Shown here: in pieces, positions 8,838 through 17,226 of the stretch | Numbering within the stretch: the stretch's first letter is position 1 | Layout of the letters: every line of letters begins with the position of its first letter | Virus record (IMG/VR): IMGVR_UViG_2609459857_000004 | Location: 1 to 31,179 of that record | Source of the DNA: a virus | Taxonomy: Duplodnaviria; Heunggongvirae; Uroviricota; Caudoviricetes | Length of the DNA: 31,179 nt | Direction: 5' to 3' (one strand) | The notes under the pieces: generated by a model | What the model was told of the DNA's origin: nothing | What the model saw: only the letters and a program-made list of their open reading frames with translations | Database searches by the model: none | Translations under genes and position numbers: made by a program

Positions 8838-9333
8838 CTATCAGGCACTGCGTGAGGCGGCAGAAGCAATAAAAATAGCAGCCACACCACAAAAATTGCT
8901 GGCATTTCGTATGAAGGTCACACCTCAGGTTGTGCTGGCATTACTGGATGAACTGGAAAGAAACCAGCAATACATAAAACGCCGCGATCAGGAGAACGAG
9001 GAAATTGCGCTAACGGTAGGGAAGCTGCGTGTTGAGCTGGAAGCCGCAGAGAAGCGCATTGCAGAACTGGAAGCACGGGAAATAAAACCAGCCAAAGGCG
9101 AAGTTCTTGTCGTTGTTTCTGGTTTTACTGGTTGCGGAAAAAGCGCCATTGCCGGGGAAATAGAAATCGCGATGAAGGCTATTGGTGTACCGGTTAAGTG
9201 GACTAATGGCGATGCAGAAAAGCGCATGACTGGCGCTGACTGGCTGACAGCAATTGAGATGTACAAACCAACTGTGCGCATTGTGGAAGTTAATGTGCCA
9301 CGCGTCGCTGGCATTCGCATCAAAGGAGAGTGA
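8824..9333 (+). CDS. Ead/Ea22-like family protein
   Basis: GTG 8824 with AGGAGG RBS; N-terminus MSKIDYQALREAAE resembles Ea22-like proteins of E. coli prophages; coiled-coil middle. Confidence 0.45.
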   Translation: MSKIDYQALREAAEAIKIAATPQKLLAFRMKVTPQVVLALLDELERNQQYIKRRDQENEEIALTVGKLRVELEAAEKRIAELEAREIKPAKGEVLVVVSGFTGCGKSAIAGEIEIAMKAIGVPVKWTNGDAEKRMTGADWLTAIEMYKPTVRIVEVNVPRVAGIRIKGE

Positions 9334-9334
9334 C

Positions 9335-9691
9335 GTGGAAATAAATCCAGAAGATGAGTTAAGTAATATTGTTTTATTTCCGGTAAAAGAGGATGACCCA
9401 CGTAATCAGGTTAATTTTCTTTATGAGCCATCGGAAAGACCATACTGCCATCACGCTTCTGTCCGGGTTGACGAAAAAGAGCGTCAGGTCCGCTGTAAAA
9501 ACTGCGGTGCAGTTGTGGAGCCGTTTGACTGGATGCTCTCAGTGGCGAAAAGAGAAACCAGACTGGCAGATGATGTAAGGCTATTGCGCCAGGAGGAACA
9601 GGAAAGGCGGAAAAATATAGAAAAGTTAATTCAGATTGAGCGTAACGCGAAAGCGCGGATACGCAGGGCGACAAAATCCAGAACTGAATAA
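9335..9691 (+). CDS. hypothetical zinc-ribbon protein
   Basis: GTG 9335 two nt after previous stop, AAGGAGAG RBS; C/H-x-x-C pairs (CHHAS...CKNCG). Confidence 0.4.
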   Translation: MEINPEDELSNIVLFPVKEDDPRNQVNFLYEPSERPYCHHASVRVDEKERQVRCKNCGAVVEPFDWMLSVAKRETRLADDVRLLRQEEQERRKNIEKLIQIERNAKARIRRATKSRTE

Positions 9692-9741
9692 ATAAATTTA
9701 GCACTGTAAATAAAATCAAATCCTTAACTGGAGGTATATCT

Positions 9742-9954
9742 ATGTTAAATACACAGAAAACCATTAATGCGGAAAAATATAACGAGTGGGTGAGGAAATT
9801 TTCTGAGCAGATTTTTAAAATTACTGGCGACGAGAATGCGGCAAAAAATGAATTAGAGCCGTGGACACCTGAAGGAGCCGACCCAAATTATTGCTGGTGG
9901 GATGTTGATCCAGTTGATGCTGCAAATGAAGCTATGAGTTATCACAACGATTAA
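9742..9954 (+). CDS. hypothetical small protein
   Basis: 70-aa ORF with GGAGG RBS 8 nt upstream of ATG. Confidence 0.45.
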   Translation: MLNTQKTINAEKYNEWVRKFSEQIFKITGDENAAKNELEPWTPEGADPNYCWWDVDPVDAANEAMSYHND

Positions 9955-9986
9955 TGTCAGGAGGCCGCCCGAAAGGGCGGTAAGAA

Positions 9987-10205
9987 ATGACTACATTATT
10001 CAGAAAAAAATATCCGCGAAAAAGTAGAACAACAGAATTTCTGTTTCTCATTCTGTTTATCGTGTTAATGATACCGATATCCCCTCTAATTTTTGTCTGG
10101 GCAATCGGGAAAATAATTGAGCCAGTTATTGAATTGTATAACGACGTGGTATGGGCGTCGTTCAACACACTGCACAACAAAATCAACCCATATAAGGAAA
10201 GCTGA
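9987..10205 (+). CDS. small membrane protein (one hydrophobic helix)
   Basis: 72-aa ORF, basic N-terminus then hydrophobic segment FLFLILFIVLMIPISPLIFVWAIG; preceded by a hairpin that may affect RBS access. Confidence 0.4.
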   Translation: MTTLFRKKYPRKSRTTEFLFLILFIVLMIPISPLIFVWAIGKIIEPVIELYNDVVWASFNTLHNKINPYKES

Positions 10206-10206
10206 T

Positions 10207-10530
10207 ATGACCACTATTACCAGAGAAAACGCGGAGATTAAATCATTTATCACTGGTTTCCTGAGCGACCCGGCGCACGATATCCAATCTTCAGACAGCC
10301 TGCTTGCCAATGTGTTTCGTATCGCACTGGCATCGCTGGAAGCAGAGCCAGTGGCGTGGAAGGCAACCTTCACGCAAATTGACAATGAATATAATACGTT
10401 CACTGCTCTGTATTCTGACAAAGCAGAAGCCGAACGGTGGGTGCGACTGCATGAAATAGGTGACTTTCGGGCGGAAATAACACCGCTTTACGCAGCGCCG
10501 TCAGCGCCGGTAATTCCGGCTCTACGGTAG
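10207..10530 (+). CDS. hypothetical protein
   Basis: 107 aa from ATG 10207, two nt after the previous stop; AAGGAAAG RBS. Confidence 0.4.
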   Translation: MTTITRENAEIKSFITGFLSDPAHDIQSSDSLLANVFRIALASLEAEPVAWKATFTQIDNEYNTFTALYSDKAEAERWVRLHEIGDFRAEITPLYAAPSAPVIPALR

Positions 10531-10588
10531 GAATTGCGATGGCGGTGGCGCTGGTGGCGTATTCGATTTGCCGCTGGGGATAACAAAC

Positions 10589-10619
10589 AAAAACCCCGGA
10601 TTGATGGTCCGGGGTTTTG
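10589..10619. terminator. bidirectional rho-independent terminator between convergent transcription units
   Basis: A-run, 7-bp stem CCCCGGA/TCCGGGG with 7-nt loop, T-run; lies between the plus-strand block and the minus-strand antitoxin gene. Confidence 0.7.
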
Positions 10620-10639
10620 CTATTCATGGTGAATTTTTA

Positions 10640-10957
10640 TTAACAGATTGACTGAATTCCGTTTTTCTCAACCACAGAAAGCAAACGAAGGGCAGGGCCA
10701 CCAGGGCGCTTTATTCCCCTTTCCCAGTCTGAAATGAGGTTTTTACTGACATTAAGATATCTGGCGAAAACAGGTTGAGACAGATGCTCGCGCTCGCGAA
10801 GTGCCCGGATTCTTTCTGGCGACATTGTTGGCGCTGGTTGCAGACAAAGTTCATCAAACTCTCTCATAGTTTGTTTTGTTACTGCGCCAATATCCTGAAG
10901 TGACTCCATCATTTCATGTACGGATGCAAGCGCATCACTGCGGTAATTTTTACTCAT
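10640..10957 (-). CDS. higA: HigA-2-like antitoxin (C-terminal HTH)
   Basis: 105-aa ORF; C-terminal HTH (LSQPVFARYLNVSKNLISDWERG); ATG overlaps the toxin stop (ATGAGTAA), GGAGGT RBS inside the toxin 3' end; toxin-first gene order. Confidence 0.7.
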   Translation of the reverse strand: MSKNYRSDALASVHEMMESLQDIGAVTKQTMREFDELCLQPAPTMSPERIRALREREHLSQPVFARYLNVSKNLISDWERGIKRPGGPALRLLSVVEKNGIQSIC

Positions 10958-11333
10958 TGGGTACCTCCGTAAACTGACCCTGCAGGATCAATTGCGCCAG
11001 TTGTTCATCAGTAAGATTGAGAACGTGATGCGCAGCTTTTCGAAATGCGTTTTCCTCGATGGTTGTAATATTTTCTCTCTCATTCTTTGCGTACGCATAG
11101 ATGAAAAAAGCCTTTTCTGCGACGCGGTAAAAAATTATTGTCCTATAACCGCCTGATTTACCGCCACCTCTTCGGGCTAATCGCTGCTTAATGACACCAC
11201 TACCCAAATCTGCGGATATGAGTCCCTTATCAGCTAGTTCCACGACTTCTCGCAGAGCTTTATTGGAAATCCGATTTTTTCGTGCGAAGCGTTCAAACCA
11301 GGCATTTTTGAAAATGCGCATGTTTGGTTCCAT
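10950..11333 (-). CDS. higB: HigB-2 / RelE-like type II toxin
   Basis: Motifs GSGVIKQRLARRGGGKSGGYRTIIFY...FFIYAYAKNE match the recalled HigB-2 family pattern; start ambiguous (GTG 11360, ATG 11333, ATG 11321), none with a clear SD. Confidence 0.7.
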   Translation of the reverse strand: MEPNMRIFKNAWFERFARKNRISNKALREVVELADKGLISADLGSGVIKQRLARRGGGKSGGYRTIIFYRVAEKAFFIYAYAKNERENITTIEENAFRKAAHHVLNLTDEQLAQLILQGQFTEVPNE

Positions 11334-11423
11334 ATCGTTGTGTAATACATAGTGTGACACAATTAAATAGGATGGGCAATATACATACAGGGGGGCTTGC
11401 TAAGGGATGGCAGCTCAAAAAAC

Positions 11424-11439
11424 ACTCTATTTTTAGAGT
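11424..11439. promoter_or_regulatory. palindrome ACTCTA-TTTT-TAGAGT upstream of the toxin-antitoxin operon (candidate operator)
   Basis: Perfect 6-bp inverted repeat with 4-nt spacer, 65-90 bp upstream of the toxin start. Confidence 0.35.
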
Positions 11440-11563
11440 ATACAAATGACAGAAAGAAAAAGTCATTGTTTTTTCTCATGAAATACGCATTTTTGGGGAG
11501 TGAAATCGTTATTTGTAGTGGATATATTCCAGCCATGTTTTATCCAATACCAGAGGTTTTACA

Positions 11564-11776
11564 ATGCAGAAGTTGATCGCCGCGAATTGTAAGTACGCAG
11601 TTATTCGTTGTGACGATATGTCGGTTGTAGCTGAAATGGATTGTTTTCCGGATGGGGCCAGGGCTGTATGGCATCGAAAAGGGGGCATACTTAGGGTAAG
11701 AGCTTTGCGGCCTGATGAGCGAATTGTATCGAAAACAGTGCTCAGGGAGATCGTGTATCAGTTTATGCGGACTTGA
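11564..11776 (+). CDS. hypothetical small protein
   Basis: 70-aa ORF, AGAGG RBS upstream of ATG. Confidence 0.4.
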   Translation: MQKLIAANCKYAVIRCDDMSVVAEMDCFPDGARAVWHRKGGILRVRALRPDERIVSKTVLREIVYQFMRT

Positions 11777-11840
11777 ACAAGTTGCATGTATCAACAATAA
11801 TGCCAACCAAAATGGCTGAACACCATTTTACCTGACAAAG

Positions 11841-12140
11841 ATGCGCCAGCAGAGAAAACAGATGGCGCACAAGACCAAATTACACAATTCTGATAATTCA
11901 GCCGTCTTTGCCAGCAGGCACGGGCGGCGTTCTCATGTATTCAAATATGACTGGTACCAGCATGACCCATGCACTGAAGAACAGGCCGAATGGCTGATTC
12001 AGAACTACCGCAGGCGTGGGTATGAGTTTAGGAAAGCCCTCAGCCTCGATTATCGTCACTGGATAATCTACGTCAGGCTCCCTTATTCCGAACGCCCACC
12101 GCGTCCGTCCCGCACATTCCAGCAACGCATCTGGAGGTAA
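11841..12140 (+). CDS. hypothetical basic protein
   Basis: 99-aa ORF ending 1 nt before the DUF968 gene start; start codon choice uncertain. Confidence 0.35.
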   Translation: MRQQRKQMAHKTKLHNSDNSAVFASRHGRRSHVFKYDWYQHDPCTEEQAEWLIQNYRRRGYEFRKALSLDYRHWIIYVRLPYSERPPRPSRTFQQRIWR

Positions 12141-12141
12141 T

Positions 12142-13191
12142 GTGAGGGTATTAGTGACTCCTGAAATTGCTCACCGTCTGGGGATTGTACTTTTCAGGCC
12201 CGGTCCTGATGCGATGCCTTTGTTTATGCAGGGGCGTGTGCTGGTGGAGCCGGAACCAAAAAGCATGCGAGGTCTGCCATCCGGAGTCGTTCCTGCCGTT
12301 CGCCAGCCGCTGGCGGAAGACAAATCTCTGCTGCCATTTTTCAGCGATGAGCGGGTGATTCGCGCTGCTGGCGGTGCTGGTGCACTGTCTGACTGGCTAT
12401 TGCGCCACGTTAAATCCTGCCAGTGGCCTCATGGTGACTACCATCACAGCGAAACCGTCATACATCGTTATGGTGCTGGCGCGATGGTGTTGTGCTGGCA
12501 CTGCGACAACCAGCTGCGTGACCAGACATCCGAATCACTCGGGCAACTTGCTCATCAAAACCTGTCTGCATGGATGATTGACGTCATCCGTCACGCAATG
12601 AATGGCACACAGGAGCGGGAATTATCGCTGGCTGAATTGTACTGCTGGGCTGCTGTAAATGATGTAGTGGATGCCATGACCGAAAATATGGCGCGTCGAA
12701 TCCTGAAGCTTCCGGGGGAAAAAATCCACTCAGTATACCGCGAATGCGACATCATACCGGGAGAACAGACAGCCACCAGCATACTGAAGCAGCGCACAAA
12801 AAATATTGTGCTACCGCCTCACGCCCACCAGCAACAGAACCCACCACAGGAAAAGACGGTGGTCAGCATTGCCGTTGATCCGGAGTCTCCTGAATCTTTC
12901 ATGAAGCGACCTAAACGTCGCCGCTGGGTTAACGAAAAGTACACGCGCTGGGTTAAGACACAGCCGTGTGCATGTTGTGGTAAGCCAGCCGACGATCCCC
13001 ATCACCTGATTGGTCACGGTCAGGGAGGGATGGGGACAAAAGCCCACGATATTTTCACGCTACCGCTGTGCCGGGAGCATCACAATGAACTTCATGCTGA
13101 TCCGCTGGCATTTGAAGAAAAGCATGGTTCCCAGATTGATTTAATTTTTCGTTTTCTTGATCACGCCTTTGCAACCGGCGTGCTCGGGTAA
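12142..13191 (+). CDS. DUF968 (YdfU-like) protein with C-terminal HNH/zinc-finger-like motif
   Basis: 349-aa ORF, GTG start with GGAGG RBS; C-terminal CACCGK...HHLIGHG...CREHHNELH motif; NinG/YdfU-position gene upstream of rusA. Confidence 0.6.
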   Translation: MRVLVTPEIAHRLGIVLFRPGPDAMPLFMQGRVLVEPEPKSMRGLPSGVVPAVRQPLAEDKSLLPFFSDERVIRAAGGAGALSDWLLRHVKSCQWPHGDYHHSETVIHRYGAGAMVLCWHCDNQLRDQTSESLGQLAHQNLSAWMIDVIRHAMNGTQERELSLAELYCWAAVNDVVDAMTENMARRILKLPGEKIHSVYRECDIIPGEQTATSILKQRTKNIVLPPHAHQQQNPPQEKTVVSIAVDPESPESFMKRPKRRRWVNEKYTRWVKTQPCACCGKPADDPHHLIGHGQGGMGTKAHDIFTLPLCREHHNELHADPLAFEEKHGSQIDLIFRFLDHAFATGVLG

Positions 13192-13203
13192 AAGAGGTTA
13201 CTG

Positions 13204-13563
13204 ATGCGTATAGAGTTTGTTTTGCCTTACCCGCCGACGGTGAACACCTACTGGCGACGTCGTGGCAGTACATATTTTGTATCAAAAGCCGGTGAGCGTT
13301 ATCGCCGTGATGTGGCGCTCATTGTTCGCCAGCAGCGACTGAGATTAAACCTGTCCGGAAGGCTGGCAATAAAAATTACTGCAGAGCCACCGGATAAGCG
13401 CCGCCGTGACCTGGACAATATTCTGAAAGCACCACTGGATGCGTTGACGCATGCGGGGTTGCTTATCGACGACGAGCAGTTTGATGAAATCAATATTGTG
13501 CGCGGTCAGGTCGTTCCTGGTGGTCGGTTGGGCGTGAAGATTTACAAAATTGAAAGTGAGTGA
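13204..13563 (+). CDS. rusA: Holliday junction resolvase RusA
   Basis: 119 aa; matches recalled RusA features (LPYPPTVNTYW, DRRRRDLDN, GGRL...) and size. Confidence 0.85.
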   Translation: MRIEFVLPYPPTVNTYWRRRGSTYFVSKAGERYRRDVALIVRQQRLRLNLSGRLAIKITAEPPDKRRRDLDNILKAPLDALTHAGLLIDDEQFDEINIVRGQVVPGGRLGVKIYKIESE

Positions 13564-14126
13564 GCGTAAATATGATATACCCGGAAATTACAGGCAAAAG
13601 CGGTGAGCATTTACGCCTGAAAACGCTGGAAAGTGTCTGGCTCCAGGGGAAACTGCGTATGTGGGGGCGTTGGTCGTATATTGGCGGCGGTAAGACGGGA
13701 AATATGTTCAACCAATTACTGACCTCTAAAAAGCTGACAAAAACGGCAATTAACGAGGCGCTCCGGAGGATGAAAAAAGCGGGTCTGGACAAACCTGAAC
13801 TTGAGGCTTTTTTGCGGGATATGATCAACGGCAATCAAAAAAGCTGGCTGGCACATTGTACCGATTCAGAGGCGTTAATAATCGACAGGGTTATTGGTGA
13901 AGCCCTGGCCGGTTATCCCGGGCTGCTCAATGTCCTGAGTCAGCGTTATGTGGGGCGGGGGATGACTAAGCGCAAAATGGCTGAACTGCTGAATGATGCA
14001 CACCCGGAATGGAGTTTAAGAACCTGTGAAAGACGCATTGAGCATTGGCTAAAGGTGGCAGAATTTATTTTGTACAAACCAATGGTTATGGCTTTTGGTA
14101 TAGAGAAAAAAGTTATTGCTTTTTGA
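13560..14126 (+). CDS. putative late-gene antiterminator (Q-like by position)
   Basis: 188-aa ORF after rusA, followed by a promoter-like TTGACG and an intrinsic terminator; no lambda-Q zinc finger; start GTG 13560 or ATG 13572. Confidence 0.4.
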   Translation: MSVNMIYPEITGKSGEHLRLKTLESVWLQGKLRMWGRWSYIGGGKTGNMFNQLLTSKKLTKTAINEALRRMKKAGLDKPELEAFLRDMINGNQKSWLAHCTDSEALIIDRVIGEALAGYPGLLNVLSQRYVGRGMTKRKMAELLNDAHPEWSLRTCERRIEHWLKVAEFILYKPMVMAFGIEKKVIAF

Positions 14127-14203
14127 CGTAAAAACTGCTTCAATGCCGGTACGCTTCGCAAAGCTGTACCGCGAGGCGAATAGCAGACATGGACATTTGA
14201 AAG

Positions 14204-14229
14204 AGCCCGCTTTTTGCGGGTTTTTTTTA
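14204..14229 (+). terminator. rho-independent terminator (tR'-like, downstream of Q-like gene)
   Basis: Stem GCCCGC/GCGGGT with TTTTT loop followed by a 9-T run, about 80 bp past the Q-like stop. Confidence 0.7.
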
Positions 14230-14351
14230 TGCCTGAAAAACGGTACAGGACGTTAAACGCGCTGATGGTTGCGAATACCGGTCTTTCAGCTTGCTGGCTT
14301 TTTCGACAAGAGCTATTGGTATGTCACGTTAACCAGAAAAGGGAAAAAGAC

Positions 14352-14549
14352 ATGCTAAAACAGCAGGATATGACCGAAACTGCCAGAGTGGTGTTTAATG
14401 AATTAAGCGTCACCGAACCGGCGACCGTCGGGGAAATTGCGCAGAATACGTACCTTTCACGCGAACGCTGCCAGTTAATACTGACTCAGCTTGTTATGGC
14501 GGGTCTGGCAGATTATCAGTTCGGTTGTTACAGACGCCTTCCGCAGTGA
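14352..14549 (+). CDS. hypothetical small protein (possible winged-helix)
   Basis: 65 aa from ATG 14352 (MLKQQDMTETARVVF...); stop codon lies in the loop region of a second terminator. Confidence 0.35.
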   Translation: MLKQQDMTETARVVFNELSVTEPATVGEIAQNTYLSRERCQLILTQLVMAGLADYQFGCYRRLPQ

Positions 14550-14563
14550 AGGCTTTTTTATTT
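14536..14563 (+). terminator. rho-independent terminator
   Basis: Stem GCCTTC/GAAGGC, loop CGCAGT (contains the upstream ORF stop codon), then TTTTTTATTT. Confidence 0.6.
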
Positions 14564-14699
14564 GTGGTAATGGGCGGCTGGTGGGTGTTAGCGGCACCTG
14601 CCAGCCATCTGCTCATGCGTTGGGGTCACAAGCAAACCTCAGGCCCATCTGCTTTGCGCAAAAGCGGTATGAGCCTATCAGAGAAGTGCTTATTGATCT

Positions 14700-15746
14700 A
14701 TGGCTAATACTGTAAAAATATCCAGTCGTGAGTTAATCAACGCTGATTGCCTGGAATTTATCCAGACCTTACCGGAAAACTCTGTCGATCTGATAGTCAC
14801 AGACCCGCCATACTTTAAAGTGAAGCCCGAGGGCTGGGATAATCAGTGGAAGGGTGACGATGATTACCTGAAATGGCTGGACCAGTGTCTGGCGCAATTC
14901 TGGCGGGTACTGAAGCCTGCCGGAAGTCTTTATCTGTTCTGTGGTCATCGCCTGGCATCTGATATCGAAATCATGATGCGTGAACGCTTTAATGTGCTGA
15001 ACCACATTATCTGGGCGAAGCCGTCCGGACGCTGGAACGGATGCAACAAGGAAAGCCTGCGGGCGTATTTCCCGGCAACAGAACGCATTCTGTTTGCAGA
15101 ACATTATCAGGGGCCATACCAGCCCAAAAATGACGGCTATGCGGCAAAGGGGCGCGAGCTAAAACAGCACGTCATGGCCCCGCTGATTTCTTACTTTCGT
15201 GATGCGCGTGAATCACTGGGAATAACGTCAAAACAGATAGCGGAAGCCACCGGAAAGAAAAACATGGCTTCGCACTGGTTTGGTACCAGTCAGTGGCAGT
15301 TGCCGAACGAAGGCGATTATCTGAAATTACAGGCGTTGTTTGCGCGTGTTGCAGCAGAAAAACATCAGCGCGGTGAACTGGAAAAGCCACACCACCAGCT
15401 GGTCAGCACATACAGTGAACTGAACCGGCAATATGCCAGCCTGCTGGATGAGTACAAATCTCTGCGGCGTTATTTTTCCGTATCGGCTGCCGTTCCGTAT
15501 ACGGATGTCTGGACGCACAAGCCTGTGCAGTATTACCCCGGCAAACATCCCTGTGAGAAACCGGCGGATATGTTGCGTCAGATAATTACCGCCAGCAGCC
15601 ATCCGGGAGATTTGGTTGCTGATTTTTTTATGGGGTCGGGATCAACAATAAAAGCAGCATTATCGCTGGGACGGCATGCAATAGGTGTGGAGCTGGAAGA
15701 AGAGAGATTTAACCAGACTGTAAGCGAAATAAAAGAAAATAGTTAA
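14700..15746 (+). CDS. orphan DNA methyltransferase (N6-adenine/N4-cytosine amino-MTase, beta-class order)
   Basis: 348 aa; DPPY catalytic motif near N-terminus and FxGxG (FFMGSGST) AdoMet motif near C-terminus; no adjacent restriction endonuclease gene. Confidence 0.8.
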   Translation: MANTVKISSRELINADCLEFIQTLPENSVDLIVTDPPYFKVKPEGWDNQWKGDDDYLKWLDQCLAQFWRVLKPAGSLYLFCGHRLASDIEIMMRERFNVLNHIIWAKPSGRWNGCNKESLRAYFPATERILFAEHYQGPYQPKNDGYAAKGRELKQHVMAPLISYFRDARESLGITSKQIAEATGKKNMASHWFGTSQWQLPNEGDYLKLQALFARVAAEKHQRGELEKPHHQLVSTYSELNRQYASLLDEYKSLRRYFSVSAAVPYTDVWTHKPVQYYPGKHPCEKPADMLRQIITASSHPGDLVADFFMGSGSTIKAALSLGRHAIGVELEEERFNQTVSEIKENS

Positions 15747-15825
15747 ATATGTGTGTGATTATTTGTAATTAATCACGAGTGATAGAAATTTATACATATG
15801 TTTACTAATATTGACACTATGTTTA

Positions 15826-15853
15826 TTGAAATAGTGTTTGCCCTCATTAATAT
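15826..15853 (+). promoter_or_regulatory. candidate promoter for the tRNA genes
   Basis: TTGAAA (15826-15831), 16-nt spacer, TAATAT (15848-15853), about 75 bp upstream of the first tRNA. Confidence 0.3.
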
Positions 15854-15927
15854 CGATAGTCGGTTCCGAGGAGATGACAGGGAAATAATGCATATATCGG
15901 TCGTTTTATTTTTTCCGAGGAACCGTT

Positions 15928-16000
15928 GCCGATTTAACTTAGCAGACAAAGCAACTGACTTGTAATCACCGGGTCGCCAGTTCGATTCCGGTAATCGGCA
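15928..16000 (+). tRNA. tRNA-like gene, anticodon UGU (Thr) with weak D and anticodon stems (possible pseudo-tRNA)
   Basis: 7-bp acceptor stem GCCGATT/AATCGGC, T-loop TTCGATT, anticodon loop CTTGTAA at canonical positions 32-38; anticodon stem only 3 of 5 pairs; followed by CTA not CCA. Confidence 0.4.
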
Positions 16001-16006
16001 CTATAT

Positions 16007-16081
<75 letters not shown>

Positions 16082-16442
16082 GCATTTGAAATAAGCCTTA
16101 TTGTATTGCAGCACTGGCGTATTTTTATTACGTGGGAGCAGGTTGTTTTGAAAAAGCATTCTGTTCTCTGGCTATGATTTGAGGCCAGGTTAGCCTCAGT
16201 GCTGATTTTTTTACGGCAGCAGAATGGTGCATTGCTGGTTGGGATTTTGTATTTCCTGGCAGGGTCGGTGATGCATCATTCTGGTGTTGTAAATAACACC
16301 ATCGGGGCGCTCCTCAGGGCGAGGGTGGTTAAAAGAGTCGGTTTAGCGGGAAACCACAGTATTCATACAGGACGGAATACTTCGGGAGGCACCCGACGCC
16401 TCGATTTTATTACAATTAAAAAATTCATTCCTTGCATTGACC

Positions 16443-16469
16443 AACCGCCGTATCTGGCGGTTTTTTTTA
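16443..16469 (+). terminator. rho-independent terminator
   Basis: 7-bp stem AACCGCC/GGCGGTT, 6-nt loop, 8-T run. Confidence 0.65.
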
Positions 16470-16480
16470 TTCTTAATTCG

Positions 16481-16515
16481 AAAAAAGAAAACACGGACAC
16501 TGATAATGTCCGTGT
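16481..16515 (-). terminator. rho-independent terminator (minus-strand orientation)
   Basis: Perfect 9-bp stem ACACGGACA/TGTCCGTGT with 7-nt loop; A-run on plus strand gives a U-tract on the minus strand. Confidence 0.5.
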
Positions 16516-16790
16516 GGCAATGCCATGTAAGTCAGCGATGAATATGGCGCAAAAAAAGCGCGGCTGTCGGATTAACGCCGCGGGACAAAGTCCATGAAGA
16601 ATAATAAGTATTGGCCCCCTTCCGGGGACATGTTCATACTACCAAGATTCAGAAGTGGTTTAAATCCTCAAATTAACTTTAATTTCCGATAAGTCTTATT
16701 TCATTTCTTTGCGCCACATCTGGAGCTCATCAAATAACGCCACGCAAAGGGCGTCTGCGGATGCCGGTGCTTTTGACGGGGTGTTTTTTA

Positions 16791-16816
16791 CGGGCCGCTG
16801 GTGGCCCTTTTTTTAT
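16791..16816 (+). terminator. rho-independent terminator immediately upstream of the holin gene
   Basis: Stem GGGCC/GGCCC with 6-nt loop and 7-T run, ending 14 nt before the holin RBS. Confidence 0.6.
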
Positions 16817-16833
16817 TTACAGGAGAAAAAAGT

Positions 16834-17226
16834 ATGTCTGAACCCTTATCCGGTTCCGGCACGGCTGCGGCGCTCGGCGGGGCGACGGTGTACGGGCTGT
16901 TTACCGGGACGGATTTCGGGATTGTGTTTGGTGCGTTCGCCGGGGCGTTATTTGTGGCAACGATGCCGCAGGCGCTTTCAGCCTGGCGTGTGGCGGCGCA
17001 TTTTCTGGTGTCGTTCATTATCGGCGTGCTGGGGGCAGAGGTTCTGGCGTCATGGCTGGTAAAGCATACAGGGTTTGACGGTGCACCTGTCGACGCACTG
17101 TGTGCAGTGCTGGTGTCAGTGGTGTCGGTGAAGATTCTGTCGTTCATCCACCAGCAGGATATTGCATCACTGGTGTCCGGTGTGTTCTCCCGCCTGCGGG
17201 GCGGAGGAGGCGGCAATGTTAAGTAA
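16834..17226 (+). CDS. putative holin (multi-pass membrane protein)
   Basis: 130 aa from ATG 16834 with AGGAG RBS; Gly/Ala-rich hydrophobic segments; first gene of the lysis cassette. Confidence 0.55.
   Translation: MSEPLSGSGTAAALGGATVYGLFTGTDFGIVFGAFAGALFVATMPQALSAWRVAAHFLVSFIIGVLGAEVLASWLVKHTGFDGAPVDALCAVLVSVVSVKILSFIHQQDIASLVSGVFSRLRGGGGGNVK

Noticed and set aside
10549-10593. 14-aa hydrophobic peptide ORF with AGGA RBS in the terminator-containing gap
   Set aside because: Too short to assess and runs into the terminator stem; no supporting evidence.
14214-14351. N-terminal extension of the small ORF (track start 14214, 111 aa)
   Set aside because: The extension begins at or inside the upstream terminator with no RBS; internal ATG 14352 is the more plausible start.
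16199-16597. 132-aa plus-strand ORF between the tRNAs and the holin
   Set aside because: No credible RBS (track start is GTG); the frame reads straight through two intrinsic terminator hairpins and has odd composition. Treated as non-coding.
16082-16833. Shiga-toxin-like or other cargo genes at the tRNA-to-holin locus
   Set aside because: No ORF of suitable size with an RBS on either strand; only short 7-32-aa fragments.
16788-17216. 142-aa minus-strand ORF and 117-aa plus-strand alternative-frame ORF overlapping the holin
   Set aside because: Pro/Arg/Cys-rich shadow frames of a GC-rich membrane-protein gene; the holin frame has the RBS and hydrophobic profile.
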